Source: Candidatus Limnocylindrus sp.
Lineage (GTDB): Bacteria > Chloroflexota > Limnocylindria > Limnocylindrales > Limnocylindraceae
Direction: 5' to 3'
DNA: 48,457 nucleotides
Assembly (NCBI GenBank): GCA_040397155.1
Contig: JBBAWP010000003.1
Coordinates: forward strand, 759 to 49,215
Made by a program: the position numbers and the translations under genes. Below the pieces are notes generated by a model. It was not told the origin of the DNA and searched no databases. It saw only the letters and a list, made by a program, of their open reading frames with translations. This document shows, in pieces, positions 18,003-26,795 of this stretch. Numbering within the stretch: position 1 is the stretch's first letter; every line of letters begins with the position of its first letter.

Positions 18003-18721
18003 CGGACGGCCTCCTTCGTGACACCGAGAAGATCAATCGCCGCTTCGGCAGCAGCGGCCTCTGCCGCCCTTCGGCTCGGTCCGCTCCCCCGTGCAATCTC
18101 GCTCCCATCAATCCGCACCGCGCACTCATAGACGCGCTCATGCTCTGGACCGCTGGTTGCAATGATGTCGTAACGCGGGAGCGATCCATTTTTCGCCTGC
18201 GTCCACTCTTGAAGCATGGTCTTGATCCCTTTGCCGATTGAGGCACGAGGAGTTGCGATCTCTTGCGCGAGGTGTGTCAGCACGAATCGCTCTGCCTCCG
18301 GGTACCCGTGGGAAAGGTAGACAGCACCGATGATCGCTTCGAGTGCTGCGGCGAGCGCAGCTGGACGTTGGGCGCCACCACGCTGCGCTTCGCCTTCGCC
18401 GAGGAGGAGTGCATCGTCGAGGCGCATCCGTTGGGCCACATCTGCAAGTCCAATCCGACTCACGATGGAAGCGCGACGCTCAGAGAGATCACCTTCGCTC
18501 GCGCTCGGGTCTGCCTGATACAGCGCGGCACTCACCACTGCCCCAAGGAGGGCGTCCCCGAGAAACTCCAGCCGCTCGTTGTCTTCATGCGCACCAGACT
18601 GATGACGCCGTGATGGGTGCGTGAGGGCGAGCCCAATGAGCTCCTCAGCGCCCGCAGGGATGCCGAGGCGCACCGCGAGTTGCGATGCGTGGGCAAGCGT
18701 GGAGTCTGCAGCCTGGCTCAC
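17999..18721 (-). CDS. rnc: Ribonuclease III
   Basis: GTG start. ERLEFLGDALLG RNase III signature and a C-terminal dsRBD (GSGPSRRAAEAAAAEAAI). Confidence 0.93.
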   Translation of the reverse strand: MSQAADSTLAHASQLAVRLGIPAGAEELIGLALTHPSRRHQSGAHEDNERLEFLGDALLGAVVSAALYQADPSASEGDLSERRASIVSRIGLADVAQRMRLDDALLLGEGEAQRGGAQRPAALAAALEAIIGAVYLSHGYPEAERFVLTHLAQEIATPRASIGKGIKTMLQEWTQAKNGSLPRYDIIATSGPEHERVYECAVRIDGSEIARGSGPSRRAAEAAAAEAAIDLLGVTKEAVR

Positions 18722-18740
18722 GATCGGAGGGGTGGCGCCA

Positions 18741-18758
18741 GGCGGCCAGCGGGCCGCC
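18741..18758 (-). other. GC hairpin (GGCGGCC-cgct-GGCCGCC) between the acpP stop and the rnc start; terminator-like but lacks a U-tract
   Basis: 7-bp perfect stem with a 4-nt loop, read from the 42-nt acpP-rnc gap. Confidence 0.4.
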
Positions 18759-18763
18759 GCACC

Positions 18764-19009
18764 TTACGCCTTCTTCTCGACGATCGCGTTGACCGCGTCT
18801 TCTACCGTCTTGATCTTGGTCAGCTCTTCGTCAGCAATCGTGACGCCAAACTTCTCCTCAAGACCCATGGCGAACTCCACGAGGTCAAGCGAGTCGGCGT
18901 TGAGGTCTTCAATGAAGGCGGCGGTCATGGTGACCTTCTCCTTCTCCACCCCGAGCTGCTCGACGATGTAGCCCTGAAGCTCCTGGAAGATCTGTGCCTT
19001 ATCACTCAT
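18764..19009 (-). CDS. acpP: Acyl carrier protein
   Basis: Start at ATG 19009 (MSDKAQIFQELQGYIVEQLGV), preceded by GGAGGGG. DLNADSLDLVEF phosphopantetheine attachment motif. Confidence 0.9.
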   Translation of the reverse strand: MSDKAQIFQELQGYIVEQLGVEKEKVTMTAAFIEDLNADSLDLVEFAMGLEEKFGVTIADEELTKIKTVEDAVNAIVEKKA

Positions 19010-19487
19010 CGGTCGCCCCTCCATCTCTCTCCGCTGACGCGGTGCTTCCCTCCCGCTGAGCGGTGCCAAGGACACCGCTCACCAGTTTTCGTGCCGGCTC
19101 GCCGCTGTACGTGCGTGCCAGAGCCGTCCAGGCTGCGAGTGCCTCCGCAGGCGCCGCCGCGCGCGAGTGTACCACCTCGGCGAGGCCCGCTCGGAGGATC
19201 GTGCGGTCAATATGGGTCATCGTTGCGAGGGGGAATGCAGGCGCGAGGCGGACCAGCGCAGCATCAATCCCGGGGCGTTGCGCTTCCACCAGCTCGATCA
19301 GCGCACGTGCAATGAGAAGCGGTTCGCCCTCAACTTCACCCGCATCGGCTCGCCGGTTCAGGATTTCGGCGGCACTCCGCAGGCCAAACTCTGCCTCATA
19401 GAGTGCCGTGAGGGCATCCCTCCGTCCGGCGGTTCGGATTCGGAGTGCTGCATCGCGAGGCGCGGCTGGCACTTTTTTGCTTGGCAT
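19002..19487 (-). CDS. nusB: NusB-family antitermination-like protein (divergent)
   Basis: 161 aa from ATG 19487, one nt after the plsX TGA. RRDALTALYEAEF, IDRTILRAGLAEV and ARKLVSGVLG align to the three conserved NusB blocks. 8-nt overlap with acpP. Confidence 0.7.
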   Translation of the reverse strand: MPSKKVPAAPRDAALRIRTAGRRDALTALYEAEFGLRSAAEILNRRADAGEVEGEPLLIARALIELVEAQRPGIDAALVRLAPAFPLATMTHIDRTILRAGLAEVVHSRAAAPAEALAAWTALARTYSGEPARKLVSGVLGTAQREGSTASAERDGGATDE

Positions 19488-19488
19488 C

Positions 19489-20541
19489 TCAAGCGGGGGC
19501 TGGGCCGCTGGGAAGTCCGTCCGCAGCGACCGACGGGGCAGCGGCGAGGGCGCTGGCGATGCGACCACTCACGCCTTCGCGAACTGCGCGAGCGGCGGTG
19601 CTACATGCGAAGTTGACCATCCGCTTCCTGGCGCGGCCGTGGGTGATCACCACGCTCCCCTTCACGCCGAGCAAGATCGCGCCGCCAATGCGCTCGTAAT
19701 CAAGTTTCGCGCGGATGCGACCGATTGCAGGACGCATCAAGATCGCAGCGATCGGACCGAAGGGGAGGCGTCGAAACTCTTGGCGGAACATGTCTGTGAT
19801 CGTTGTGGTGACGCCTTCAACGAGTTTGATCGAAACGTTGCCGAGCACCGCGTCGCAGACCACGACATCCGCCTCGTCAGCTGCAAGGTGGCGCCCTTCA
19901 ACGTTGCCAGTGAAATTCAAATCGGCCAAGTCGAGCAGTTCGGTGGCCTTCTGAATGCGCTGGTCCCCCTTCCCCTTCTCCTCTCCGATGGAGAGGAGGG
20001 CGACGCGTGGGTTCGAAACTCCAAGAACGTGCTCAGAGAAGATGCTTCCCATGTGCGCGTACTGGAAGAGATTCTCCGGCGTCGCATCTGGATTCGCCCC
20101 AACGTCGAGCAAGACGAGTGGCTTCTCCCGTAGCAGGAACTGGACAGCAAGTGCGGGACGATCAACACCAGGGAGTCGCCCAAGCCGCAAGACCGCGGCA
20201 GCCATCCCCGCCCCTGTATGGCCAGCAGTGACCACCGCGTCAGCTTCGCCTTCGCGTACAAGGTTTGTTGCCACAAGGATGGACGCGCCCTTCCGCTCCC
20301 GAAGTGCCTGCGCAGGATGCTCGTCCATGCCAATCACCTCTGGTCCGTGAACGATCCTGGCATTGGCGGGGAGTTTGCCACCCGCGATCTGGCGGATGAC
20401 TGACTCATCGCCCACGAGGATCAACTCATCGGTTGGGTTCTCGAGTGCCCAGGCGATTCCGCCAGGTACAACTTCGGTGGCACCGTGATCGCCGCCCATT
20501 GCATCAAGTGCAAGGCGGACGCGGCCTAACGGCGCGGCCAT
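19489..20541 (-). CDS. plsX: Phosphate acyltransferase PlsX
   Basis: 350 aa. LALDAMGGDHG N-terminus and full-length PlsX-like sequence. Lies downstream of rpmF. Confidence 0.95.
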   Translation of the reverse strand: MAAPLGRVRLALDAMGGDHGATEVVPGGIAWALENPTDELILVGDESVIRQIAGGKLPANARIVHGPEVIGMDEHPAQALRERKGASILVATNLVREGEADAVVTAGHTGAGMAAAVLRLGRLPGVDRPALAVQFLLREKPLVLLDVGANPDATPENLFQYAHMGSIFSEHVLGVSNPRVALLSIGEEKGKGDQRIQKATELLDLADLNFTGNVEGRHLAADEADVVVCDAVLGNVSIKLVEGVTTTITDMFRQEFRRLPFGPIAAILMRPAIGRIRAKLDYERIGGAILLGVKGSVVITHGRARKRMVNFACSTAARAVREGVSGRIASALAAAPSVAADGLPSGPAPA

Positions 20542-20548
20542 GGGTGAA

Positions 20549-20752
20549 CTAGGCGTCAGTTGGTTCCGTGTCCGGCGCTGGGCGTCGGATCACTTCGCGG
20601 CCCCGATAGGTGCCGCATGCGAGGCAGGCGTGGTGTGCTCGCTTGGTCGCGCCACACTGCGCGCAGCGGTCCATCGCCGGGAGGGTCAACGCGTGATGCG
20701 CGCGACGATCTCCTTGACGAGACTTCGATGCCTTTCGCTTTGGTACGCCCAT
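20549..20752 (-). CDS. rpmF: 50S ribosomal protein L32 (Cys4 zinc-ribbon type)
   Basis: [22 protein letters not shown], with CAQCG and CLACG pairs. Confidence 0.9.
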   Translation of the reverse strand: MGVPKRKASKSRQGDRRAHHALTLPAMDRCAQCGATKRAHHACLACGTYRGREVIRRPAPDTEPTDA

Positions 20753-20873
20753 CGCTGATGAACCTCGCTGCTACGACCCGCACGGGGGTTGGACTTGGAG
20801 AGCGAAGCCTACCCGATCCGAGCCCCCTCGTCGCGCTTCGGCTACCGCTCGCCTGAGGGCCGCTCTGCTGGGG

Positions 20874-21431
20874 TCAGCCCTTCACCTCTGGTTGGTCACC
20901 GCTTGGCGGCAGGAGGCTCCCCAGGACGGCGAGGCGTGGGTCTACTTCCCGATCTGGGCACTCCTCCGTCTGGTGTGGAGCGCCGCAGTGTCCACATCGC
21001 TCTGGGCAGAGGGGGTCACAGTGCAGAACCAGCCGACGGACGAGGTCGAGGCCCTCTACGGCGATGCGCCCGAGGTCGAACGAGTTGCCACGACCAAGCC
21101 GCTCCCCTTCACCCTGGGCATGGCGCTCTTCAAGAACCTCTTCATCGATGCGTGTCTCAAGGGCAGCGCGTGCTGGGCTCAGGCATCGAGCGCAAGCCCC
21201 CTCTTGCACGCCACGAACGTGTGCGATCAGCCGTACTCCACGATTCGTGCGATCGACGCGCGCCTGAACGGTTGTGTGGATCAACTCTCCTTCCGACGTA
21301 CTTGTCAGCGTGAATTCAGGGACGTCAAAACTCGCACCAGGGAGCTCTGCGAGCAACGGGGAGCAGTCAATGAGGTATGGCGCGGGCGTCGCTCCGTCAG
21401 TAGTGTTCGTCGCCTCGTTAAGGTCGCTCAC
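20874..21431 (-). CDS. yceD: YceD/DUF177 family protein
   Basis: 185 aa with acidic composition and a C-terminal Cys cluster (CDPLCPERCGHCG). Canonical position upstream of rpmF-plsX. Confidence 0.8.
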   Translation of the reverse strand: MSDLNEATNTTDGATPAPYLIDCSPLLAELPGASFDVPEFTLTSTSEGELIHTTVQARVDRTNRGVRLIAHVRGVQEGACARCLSPARAALETRIDEEVLEERHAQGEGERLGRGNSFDLGRIAVEGLDLVRRLVLHCDPLCPERCGHCGAPHQTEECPDREVDPRLAVLGSLLPPSGDQPEVKG

Positions 21432-21946
21432 CCGTTGGCGTCGGCGTGGCGTCGCGCCGCTGCAGTCAACACAGGGATCACTCCCTCTGGGACGAGTCGG
21501 TCGAGTGGGCCACCGTATCGCGCGATCTCACGAACAAGTCGGCTGGAGGTTGACGCGTGCTCTGGCGCGGTCATAAGGAAGAGCGTTTCGATTGATGGTG
21601 CGAGGAGTCGGTTTGCATGGGCCATGCGCAGCTCCGCCTCAAAGTCTGATCCGGCGCGAAGGCCACGGATGATCACGCTCGCCTTCGCCTCTTCTGCAAT
21701 ACGCACCGCGAGGTTGGATGCAGCACGGATCTCTACACGCGCCACATCTGCACCGAGTTCCGCGGCGATGACTGATCGCAGCAGCGCTTCGCGCTCCGCG
21801 AGGGTGAGCAGCGCCTCTTTCGTTGCGTTGGGCAAGATCGCAACGACGAGCCGATCAACCACGTGAAGGCTCCGTCGAATCAAATCAATATGGCCAAACG
21901 TAACCGGATCAAAGCTTCCTGGGTAGAGCCCGACGCGATCGCTCAT
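21428..21946 (-). CDS. coaD: Phosphopantetheine adenylyltransferase
   Basis: YPGSFDPVTFGHIDLIRR nucleotidyltransferase motif. Confidence 0.95.
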   Translation of the reverse strand: MSDRVGLYPGSFDPVTFGHIDLIRRSLHVVDRLVVAILPNATKEALLTLAEREALLRSVIAAELGADVARVEIRAASNLAVRIAEEAKASVIIRGLRAGSDFEAELRMAHANRLLAPSIETLFLMTAPEHASTSSRLVREIARYGGPLDRLVPEGVIPVLTAAARRHADANG

Positions 21947-22533
21947 CTCAACTCCTCCGCCCCCTCATGCCCGTAGAGATCAATTGCTGTCTCACCGTAC
22001 GTGAGGCCTCGCACTAATCGTAGTCCCCTTGGCGCCACTTGTGTCGTTTCGCCCTTCACCCGCCGTCCAGAGAGGACCAGAAGGCCACCTGTGGCGAGAG
22101 GGCTCGGGTGGTCAGCGATGAGTTCGAGCATGCCACTGCGCAGGGGCACTTCGTCGTACGGTGGATCCGCGACGATGAGGTCAAAGGTGGCTCCGCGTGT
22201 GACAAGTGCACGCAGCGACGCGAGTGCGTCAGACGTCTGGATCTCGGTCTGGCCAGCAAGGCCGAGTGAAACCACATTGCGACGAATGACGTCGGTGGCA
22301 CGTCGAGAGATCTCTACGAACTGCACGTGTTGCGCGCCGCGACTGAGCGCCTCAAGGCCCGCCGCGCCACTCCCCGCACAGAGATCAAGGACACGTGCAT
22401 CGGGGAGGCGCGGCTCAAGGATTGCAAAGAGCGCCTGCCGAACGCGGTCGGCAAACGGACGCGTCCCCGCCTCAGGGACCTCAAGGAGGCGTCCGCCGAG
22501 CGCTCCCGCAATGATGCGAATCTTCTGGGCCAC
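21943..22533 (-). CDS. rsmD: 16S rRNA (guanine966-N2)-methyltransferase RsmD
   Basis: LDLCAGSGAAGLEALSRGA SAM-binding motif and DLIVADPPY. Conserved pairing with coaD. Confidence 0.88.
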   Translation of the reverse strand: MAQKIRIIAGALGGRLLEVPEAGTRPFADRVRQALFAILEPRLPDARVLDLCAGSGAAGLEALSRGAQHVQFVEISRRATDVIRRNVVSLGLAGQTEIQTSDALASLRALVTRGATFDLIVADPPYDEVPLRSGMLELIADHPSPLATGGLLVLSGRRVKGETTQVAPRGLRLVRGLTYGETAIDLYGHEGAEELR

Positions 22534-22536
22534 CCT

Positions 22537-24696
22537 TCAGCCCTCCCGCGAGAGGAGGACGGCGGTAGGCCAGCCGCGAAGGTAGGACTCAATCAGTGGA
22601 CGTGAGGCTGGAAGGGGTCGGCCGATGGAATCCAGAAGTCCCTCTGCCTCTGCGCGCGCCACCACCGCAAGCGCGCGGTCTTCGGCGCGCGAGAGTGCGG
22701 CAACCCGCAGGGGTGGCAGTCCGCTCTGATCGGTTCCGAGCACGTCCCCCTCTCCACGCAGCTCAACATCGCGCTCGGCGAGGAGGAAGCCGTCTCGCGT
22801 GCTCTCGATCGCTTCAAGCCGGGCGCGCGCCACCTCGTCCTCGCTATCACTGACTAAGACACACCAGCCTTCACTTCCGCCACGACCAACGCGACCGCGG
22901 AGCTGATGCAGCGTTGCGAGTCCAAATCGATCAGCACTCATGATCACCATCACACTCGCGCGCGGAACGTCAACGCCAACCTCAACAACCGTTGTCCCGA
23001 CAACGATATCGACCTCTCCACGGGTGAAGCCATCCATCACGCCGCTGCGCACCACGGTTGACTGCCGTCCATGCACCACCCCAACGTTGAGGCCTGGTGC
23101 TGCCGCAGCGATCCGCTTCGCCTGCTCAACCACTCCCGCCTCTCCGGCCGCCTCCAGCGCATCACCGCCAGTCTCACCACTCGGCTCCTCACCGGGATCC
23201 TCATCGCCGATTCGTGGCACCACGACAAAGGTTCCTCGCCCTGCGCCAGCCTCTGAGACGACAAAGCTCCACAGGCGATCAAGCTCTGCACTGCTGCGGA
23301 TCGCAGTGCGGATTGGCTGCCGACCAGCTGGGAGCTCGCGTAGCTCCGACGAGGCCACATCCGCGTAGAGAAGCTGTGCGATCGTCCGCGGGATTGGAGT
23401 CGCAGTCATCAGCAGAAGGTGCGGCTCCCCCTCCCCTTTTGCGGTTAGCTGGGCTCGCTCCTCCACACCAAATCGATGTTGCTCGTCAACGATGACGAGT
23501 CCGAGCGAAGCGAACTGCGTCGCTTCAGAGAAGAGGGCGTGGGTCCCAATGAGAAGAGCGATGCTCCCGTCGGCGGCTGCCGCGCGAACGTTGCGACGCT
23601 CTGCCGCAGAGGCGCTTCCAACCAGTAGGTCAACGCGAATCCCGAGTGGCGCGAAGAGTCTCGTCGCGGTGGCAGCGTGCTGCCGTGCGAGAAGCTCCGT
23701 TGGCGCCAGCATCGCGCACTGAAGACCTGCACGAGCGGCGGCAGCGGCCGCCACGAGTGCGACTGCCGTCTTCCCCGTACCAACATCACCCTGCAACAGG
23801 CGCAGCATTGGCTCGCCAGCGGCGAGGTCCGTCAAGATGGCATCGATCGCCGCTGACTGATCTGATGTCCATAGCGGTGCTGGCGTGGAGGCTCCCTCGC
23901 GTCGAAGTCCGCTACGAATCGCCTCTTCAATCTCTGCGCGGTCGCGCTGAGGGACCTTAATGGATGGCGCCGCACCTTTCGCTCGACGGCGCCGTCGGCG
24001 AACGAGTGACAGCTGCACCGCGAGAAGTTCGTCAAAGGCGAGGCGACGAAGTGCGGCATCGCGCTGTTCAAACTCACTCGGCCAGTGAGCCTCCGTCAGC
24101 GCAGCGGCGAGCGGCATCAGTTCGTGTCTGGTGCGAACGCCGGCAGGAAGCGGATCTGTGAGCTCCGCACCGAATTGATCAATGAGCCGGCGTACCGCCG
24201 CACGAAGGCTGAGTGCCGTCACCCCCTTTGTCAGCCGATAGATCGGAACGATTCGCCCTGCATTGACGCTCTCGCCCCCTTCGAGCGCGCTGAACTCTGG
24301 CGCTTCAAGCTGGGCCCGCCACCCAATTGCCTTCACGCGGCCGGAGGCGACAATCTCACCGCCTGGGTGGAGGCGACGCTCAATGAAGCGACGGCCGTAC
24401 CAGATCGCTTCCACCACACCGCTCTCGTCGGCGAGTGTGGCGATCGTTCGTTGAACCCCACGTCGCCAGGTCTTTTCGACGCGAACGTCAACAACCCGCA
24501 CGCGAACCGTTGCAGGGCTTCCGCCTACAAGTTCAGCAACTGGCGTGATCGCTCGGCGGTCTTCGTAACGCCGCGGAAGGTAGAGGAGGAGATCTCCCAC
24601 GCTATGGACCCCTAGTCGAGCGAGCCCCCGTAGCAGGCTCGCTCCGCCGGGCAGGCCGAGCCCCTTGAGCGGCAGGCCGCTCGGGTCGGCGCTCAC
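22537..24696 (-). CDS. recG: ATP-dependent DNA helicase RecG
   Basis: 719 aa. N-terminal wedge/OB region, GDVGTGKT Walker A, VIVDEQHRFG, and QLRGRVGRG motif VI. Confidence 0.95.
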   Translation of the reverse strand: MSADPSGLPLKGLGLPGGASLLRGLARLGVHSVGDLLLYLPRRYEDRRAITPVAELVGGSPATVRVRVVDVRVEKTWRRGVQRTIATLADESGVVEAIWYGRRFIERRLHPGGEIVASGRVKAIGWRAQLEAPEFSALEGGESVNAGRIVPIYRLTKGVTALSLRAAVRRLIDQFGAELTDPLPAGVRTRHELMPLAAALTEAHWPSEFEQRDAALRRLAFDELLAVQLSLVRRRRRRAKGAAPSIKVPQRDRAEIEEAIRSGLRREGASTPAPLWTSDQSAAIDAILTDLAAGEPMLRLLQGDVGTGKTAVALVAAAAAARAGLQCAMLAPTELLARQHAATATRLFAPLGIRVDLLVGSASAAERRNVRAAAADGSIALLIGTHALFSEATQFASLGLVIVDEQHRFGVEERAQLTAKGEGEPHLLLMTATPIPRTIAQLLYADVASSELRELPAGRQPIRTAIRSSAELDRLWSFVVSEAGAGRGTFVVVPRIGDEDPGEEPSGETGGDALEAAGEAGVVEQAKRIAAAAPGLNVGVVHGRQSTVVRSGVMDGFTRGEVDIVVGTTVVEVGVDVPRASVMVIMSADRFGLATLHQLRGRVGRGGSEGWCVLVSDSEDEVARARLEAIESTRDGFLLAERDVELRGEGDVLGTDQSGLPPLRVAALSRAEDRALAVVARAEAEGLLDSIGRPLPASRPLIESYLRGWPTAVLLSREG

Positions 24697-26384
24697 TCCA
24701 AGCTCACGAGCACCCGCTCGATTGGCTGTTCGCCACGCGCGAGCTCCACTTCCACGCCGCGGATGACTCCTCGAGCAGCTTCAGCCATGCGCTCGCCGGC
24801 GGCCGCGTCAACATCCGCTCCTAGGTAGAGCGTGATCAACTCCGCCTTCTCTCCCTGCAGCGCACGGGTGAGCGCCTCAATCTCGTCTTGTCCGGTGGCA
24901 ACGATCCCGTCAACAGGATCAAGGGCCATCACTTCGCCGTTCCGTACGCTGACCCCTTTCACCACCGCGTCGCGCACCGCCTGGACAATTCGGAACGTTC
25001 TCGCACCGACTCGTGCGGCTTCAAACTGCTTCAGCGCAACATCCAATGGGAGCGAAGGATCCCAGGTTAGGAGCGCCGCAATCCCTTCGGCTGCGTTGCG
25101 CGTTGGGATGACGGTCACGTTCGCCGCAACCAGGTCTGCGGCCTGGCGCGCTGCGAGAACGATGTTCCCGTTGTTCGGAAACACAATGACATCGCGCCGT
25201 CCCGTTGCGTTGATTGCGGTGGCAATCTCCGCTGCCGAAGGGTTCTCCGTTTGGCCACCGTGGACCAACTGCGAGGCCCCCGCCGATTTCATGATCGCAG
25301 CAAGTCCACTCCCTGCAGCGACCGCAACGATCGCTGTGCCGGGCTCAGGCCCCTTGTCAGGTGTTGCGCTGGCAACGCCAACGCGCGTGGAGAGGTCAGT
25401 AAAGGCACCATGTCCAGTGGCGCGTTCGGAACTTTGCTGGTCAAGATTCTCAATCGTTACGCCACGGACATCGCCATGGGCAATCCCATAGGCGAGGATC
25501 TGATCTGGCTGCAAGTTGTGCACGTGCACCTTACAGACCGACGCATCACCGGCGACAAGTACGCTCTCTCCGATGCGTTCAAGGTCAGCACGGATCTTGA
25601 CCAGGTCGAGCGGTGCCTCTGTAGCGCGAAGGATGAAGACCGTCTCGTATCCATACTCACCTGGAGCGCCATCTCCGCCCGCAGCTGGGACTGATAGTGC
25701 CGGCGTGGGAACGTGCGCAATTCTCACTGGCTCAGCATCGTCCGAGGTTGCCGAAGGAGCAACCGAGGGGACATCTGCGATCCCCTCGAGAATGAGTTGT
25801 AACCCGGTGCCCCCCGAATCCACGACTCCTGCTTCTCGGAGCACGGCGAGAAGCATTGGCGTCTTCTCCACCGAGATGCGAGCGCTCTCGGCAACACGGA
25901 GGAGGAATGGTCGAAGCTCGGTTGATCCTTCCGCATCTGCCAGCGCGCTCGATGCAACTTCGCGCGCAACAGTGAGAATCGTCCCCTCTGTGGGTGTTGC
26001 AACAGCGCTGTAGGCGTGGAGCACGCCGATCGAGAGTGCGTTTGCGATCTCTGCCGCGCGAGCGCGCTTCCGCCCTCTTACCGCTTGGGGTAGTCCGCGC
26101 AGGATTTGCGAGAGCAGAACCCCCGAATTCCCTCTGGCGCCTAGGAGTGCGCCGCGAGCAACCGCTTCGCTGACCTCGTCAATTGATGTGACCCCCGTTG
26201 CAAGCGTCACCTCCCCTTCAGCGATCGCCGCCTTGAGGGTCGCGAGCATGTTGGTCCCCGTATCGCCGTCAGGGACAGGGAAGACGTTGAGCGCGTTCAC
26301 CTCCGCGACGCGGGCCTCCAGCCGATCAGCGCCTGACCGGAGGGCTGCCATCAGCTCCACCCCGTCCCAGCTCTTGCGGCTCAT
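24693..26384 (-). CDS. DAK2-domain fusion protein, YloV family
   Basis: LNVFPVPDGDTGTNM DAK2 motif near the N-terminus. Start placed at ATG 26384. The ORF extends to TTG 26504 through a Pro/Arg-rich non-conserved stretch. Canonical position between rpmB and recG. Confidence 0.85.
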   Translation of the reverse strand: MSRKSWDGVELMAALRSGADRLEARVAEVNALNVFPVPDGDTGTNMLATLKAAIAEGEVTLATGVTSIDEVSEAVARGALLGARGNSGVLLSQILRGLPQAVRGRKRARAAEIANALSIGVLHAYSAVATPTEGTILTVAREVASSALADAEGSTELRPFLLRVAESARISVEKTPMLLAVLREAGVVDSGGTGLQLILEGIADVPSVAPSATSDDAEPVRIAHVPTPALSVPAAGGDGAPGEYGYETVFILRATEAPLDLVKIRADLERIGESVLVAGDASVCKVHVHNLQPDQILAYGIAHGDVRGVTIENLDQQSSERATGHGAFTDLSTRVGVASATPDKGPEPGTAIVAVAAGSGLAAIMKSAGASQLVHGGQTENPSAAEIATAINATGRRDVIVFPNNGNIVLAARQAADLVAANVTVIPTRNAAEGIAALLTWDPSLPLDVALKQFEAARVGARTFRIVQAVRDAVVKGVSVRNGEVMALDPVDGIVATGQDEIEALTRALQGEKAELITLYLGADVDAAAGERMAEAARGVIRGVEVELARGEQPIERVLVSLE

Positions 26385-26528
26385 CGAGCGCCCCACTCGC
26401 GGGTCTCCGGCACGCGGGAGAGGGGGGCGTGGCGGGCGGCGAGAAGTAGACCCGTCTTCGGTGCTCGCTGTCGCTCGCTCGGCATGACTCCCTCCCTCAG
26501 CCAAGGCCCCTCAGCCCTACGGCGTTCC

Positions 26529-26537
26529 TGCTACGAT
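26529..26537 (+). promoter_or_regulatory. Candidate extended -10 promoter element TGCTACGAT for rpmB
   Basis: Plus-strand TGCTACGAT lies 57 nt upstream of the rpmB ATG, in the 209-nt divergent region. Confidence 0.45.
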
Positions 26538-26593
26538 ACGGCACCAACGGCGGTGCGTCCCTCTCGGGCGCCAAGTACAGCAAGGAGAAGGTC

Positions 26594-26788
26594 ATGGCTC
26601 GCTTCTGCGTCCTCTGCGGCAAGGATTCGATCTCTGGGTTCAACCCCCAGTCGGTCGGGATGAACCGTGTACGCGCACACCGACGCTTCCGAGCCAACCT
26701 CCAGCCGACCATGGTCCTCGCCAATGGGACGATGAAGCGCGCGCTCGTCTGCACCTCGTGCCGACGAACGGCAACAAAGGGCGCTTAA
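26594..26788 (+). CDS. rpmB: 50S ribosomal protein L28
   Basis: MARFCVLCGKDSISGFN ... HRRFRANLQ. SD AAGGAGAAGG upstream. Divergent from the yloV-recG block, as in many Gram-positives. Confidence 0.92.
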   Translation: MARFCVLCGKDSISGFNPQSVGMNRVRAHRRFRANLQPTMVLANGTMKRALVCTSCRRTATKGA

Positions 26789-26795
26789 GCCTCAG

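Noticed and set aside
14906-18131. Several long plus-strand ORFs (357, 204, 194 and 255 aa) antisense to smc
   Set aside because: The Ala/Arg/Glu-rich coiled-coil coding sequence of smc is nearly stop-free on the opposite strand. The translated products are Ser/Arg/Ala low-complexity with no domain signatures.
20753-20873. 120-nt yceD-rpmF spacer examined for a structured leader or small ORF
   Set aside because: Only short (4-6 bp) imperfect stems were found. There is no promoter-like TGCTAYNNT element, no ORF, and no recognisable RNA motif by eye. A covariance-model scan would be needed.
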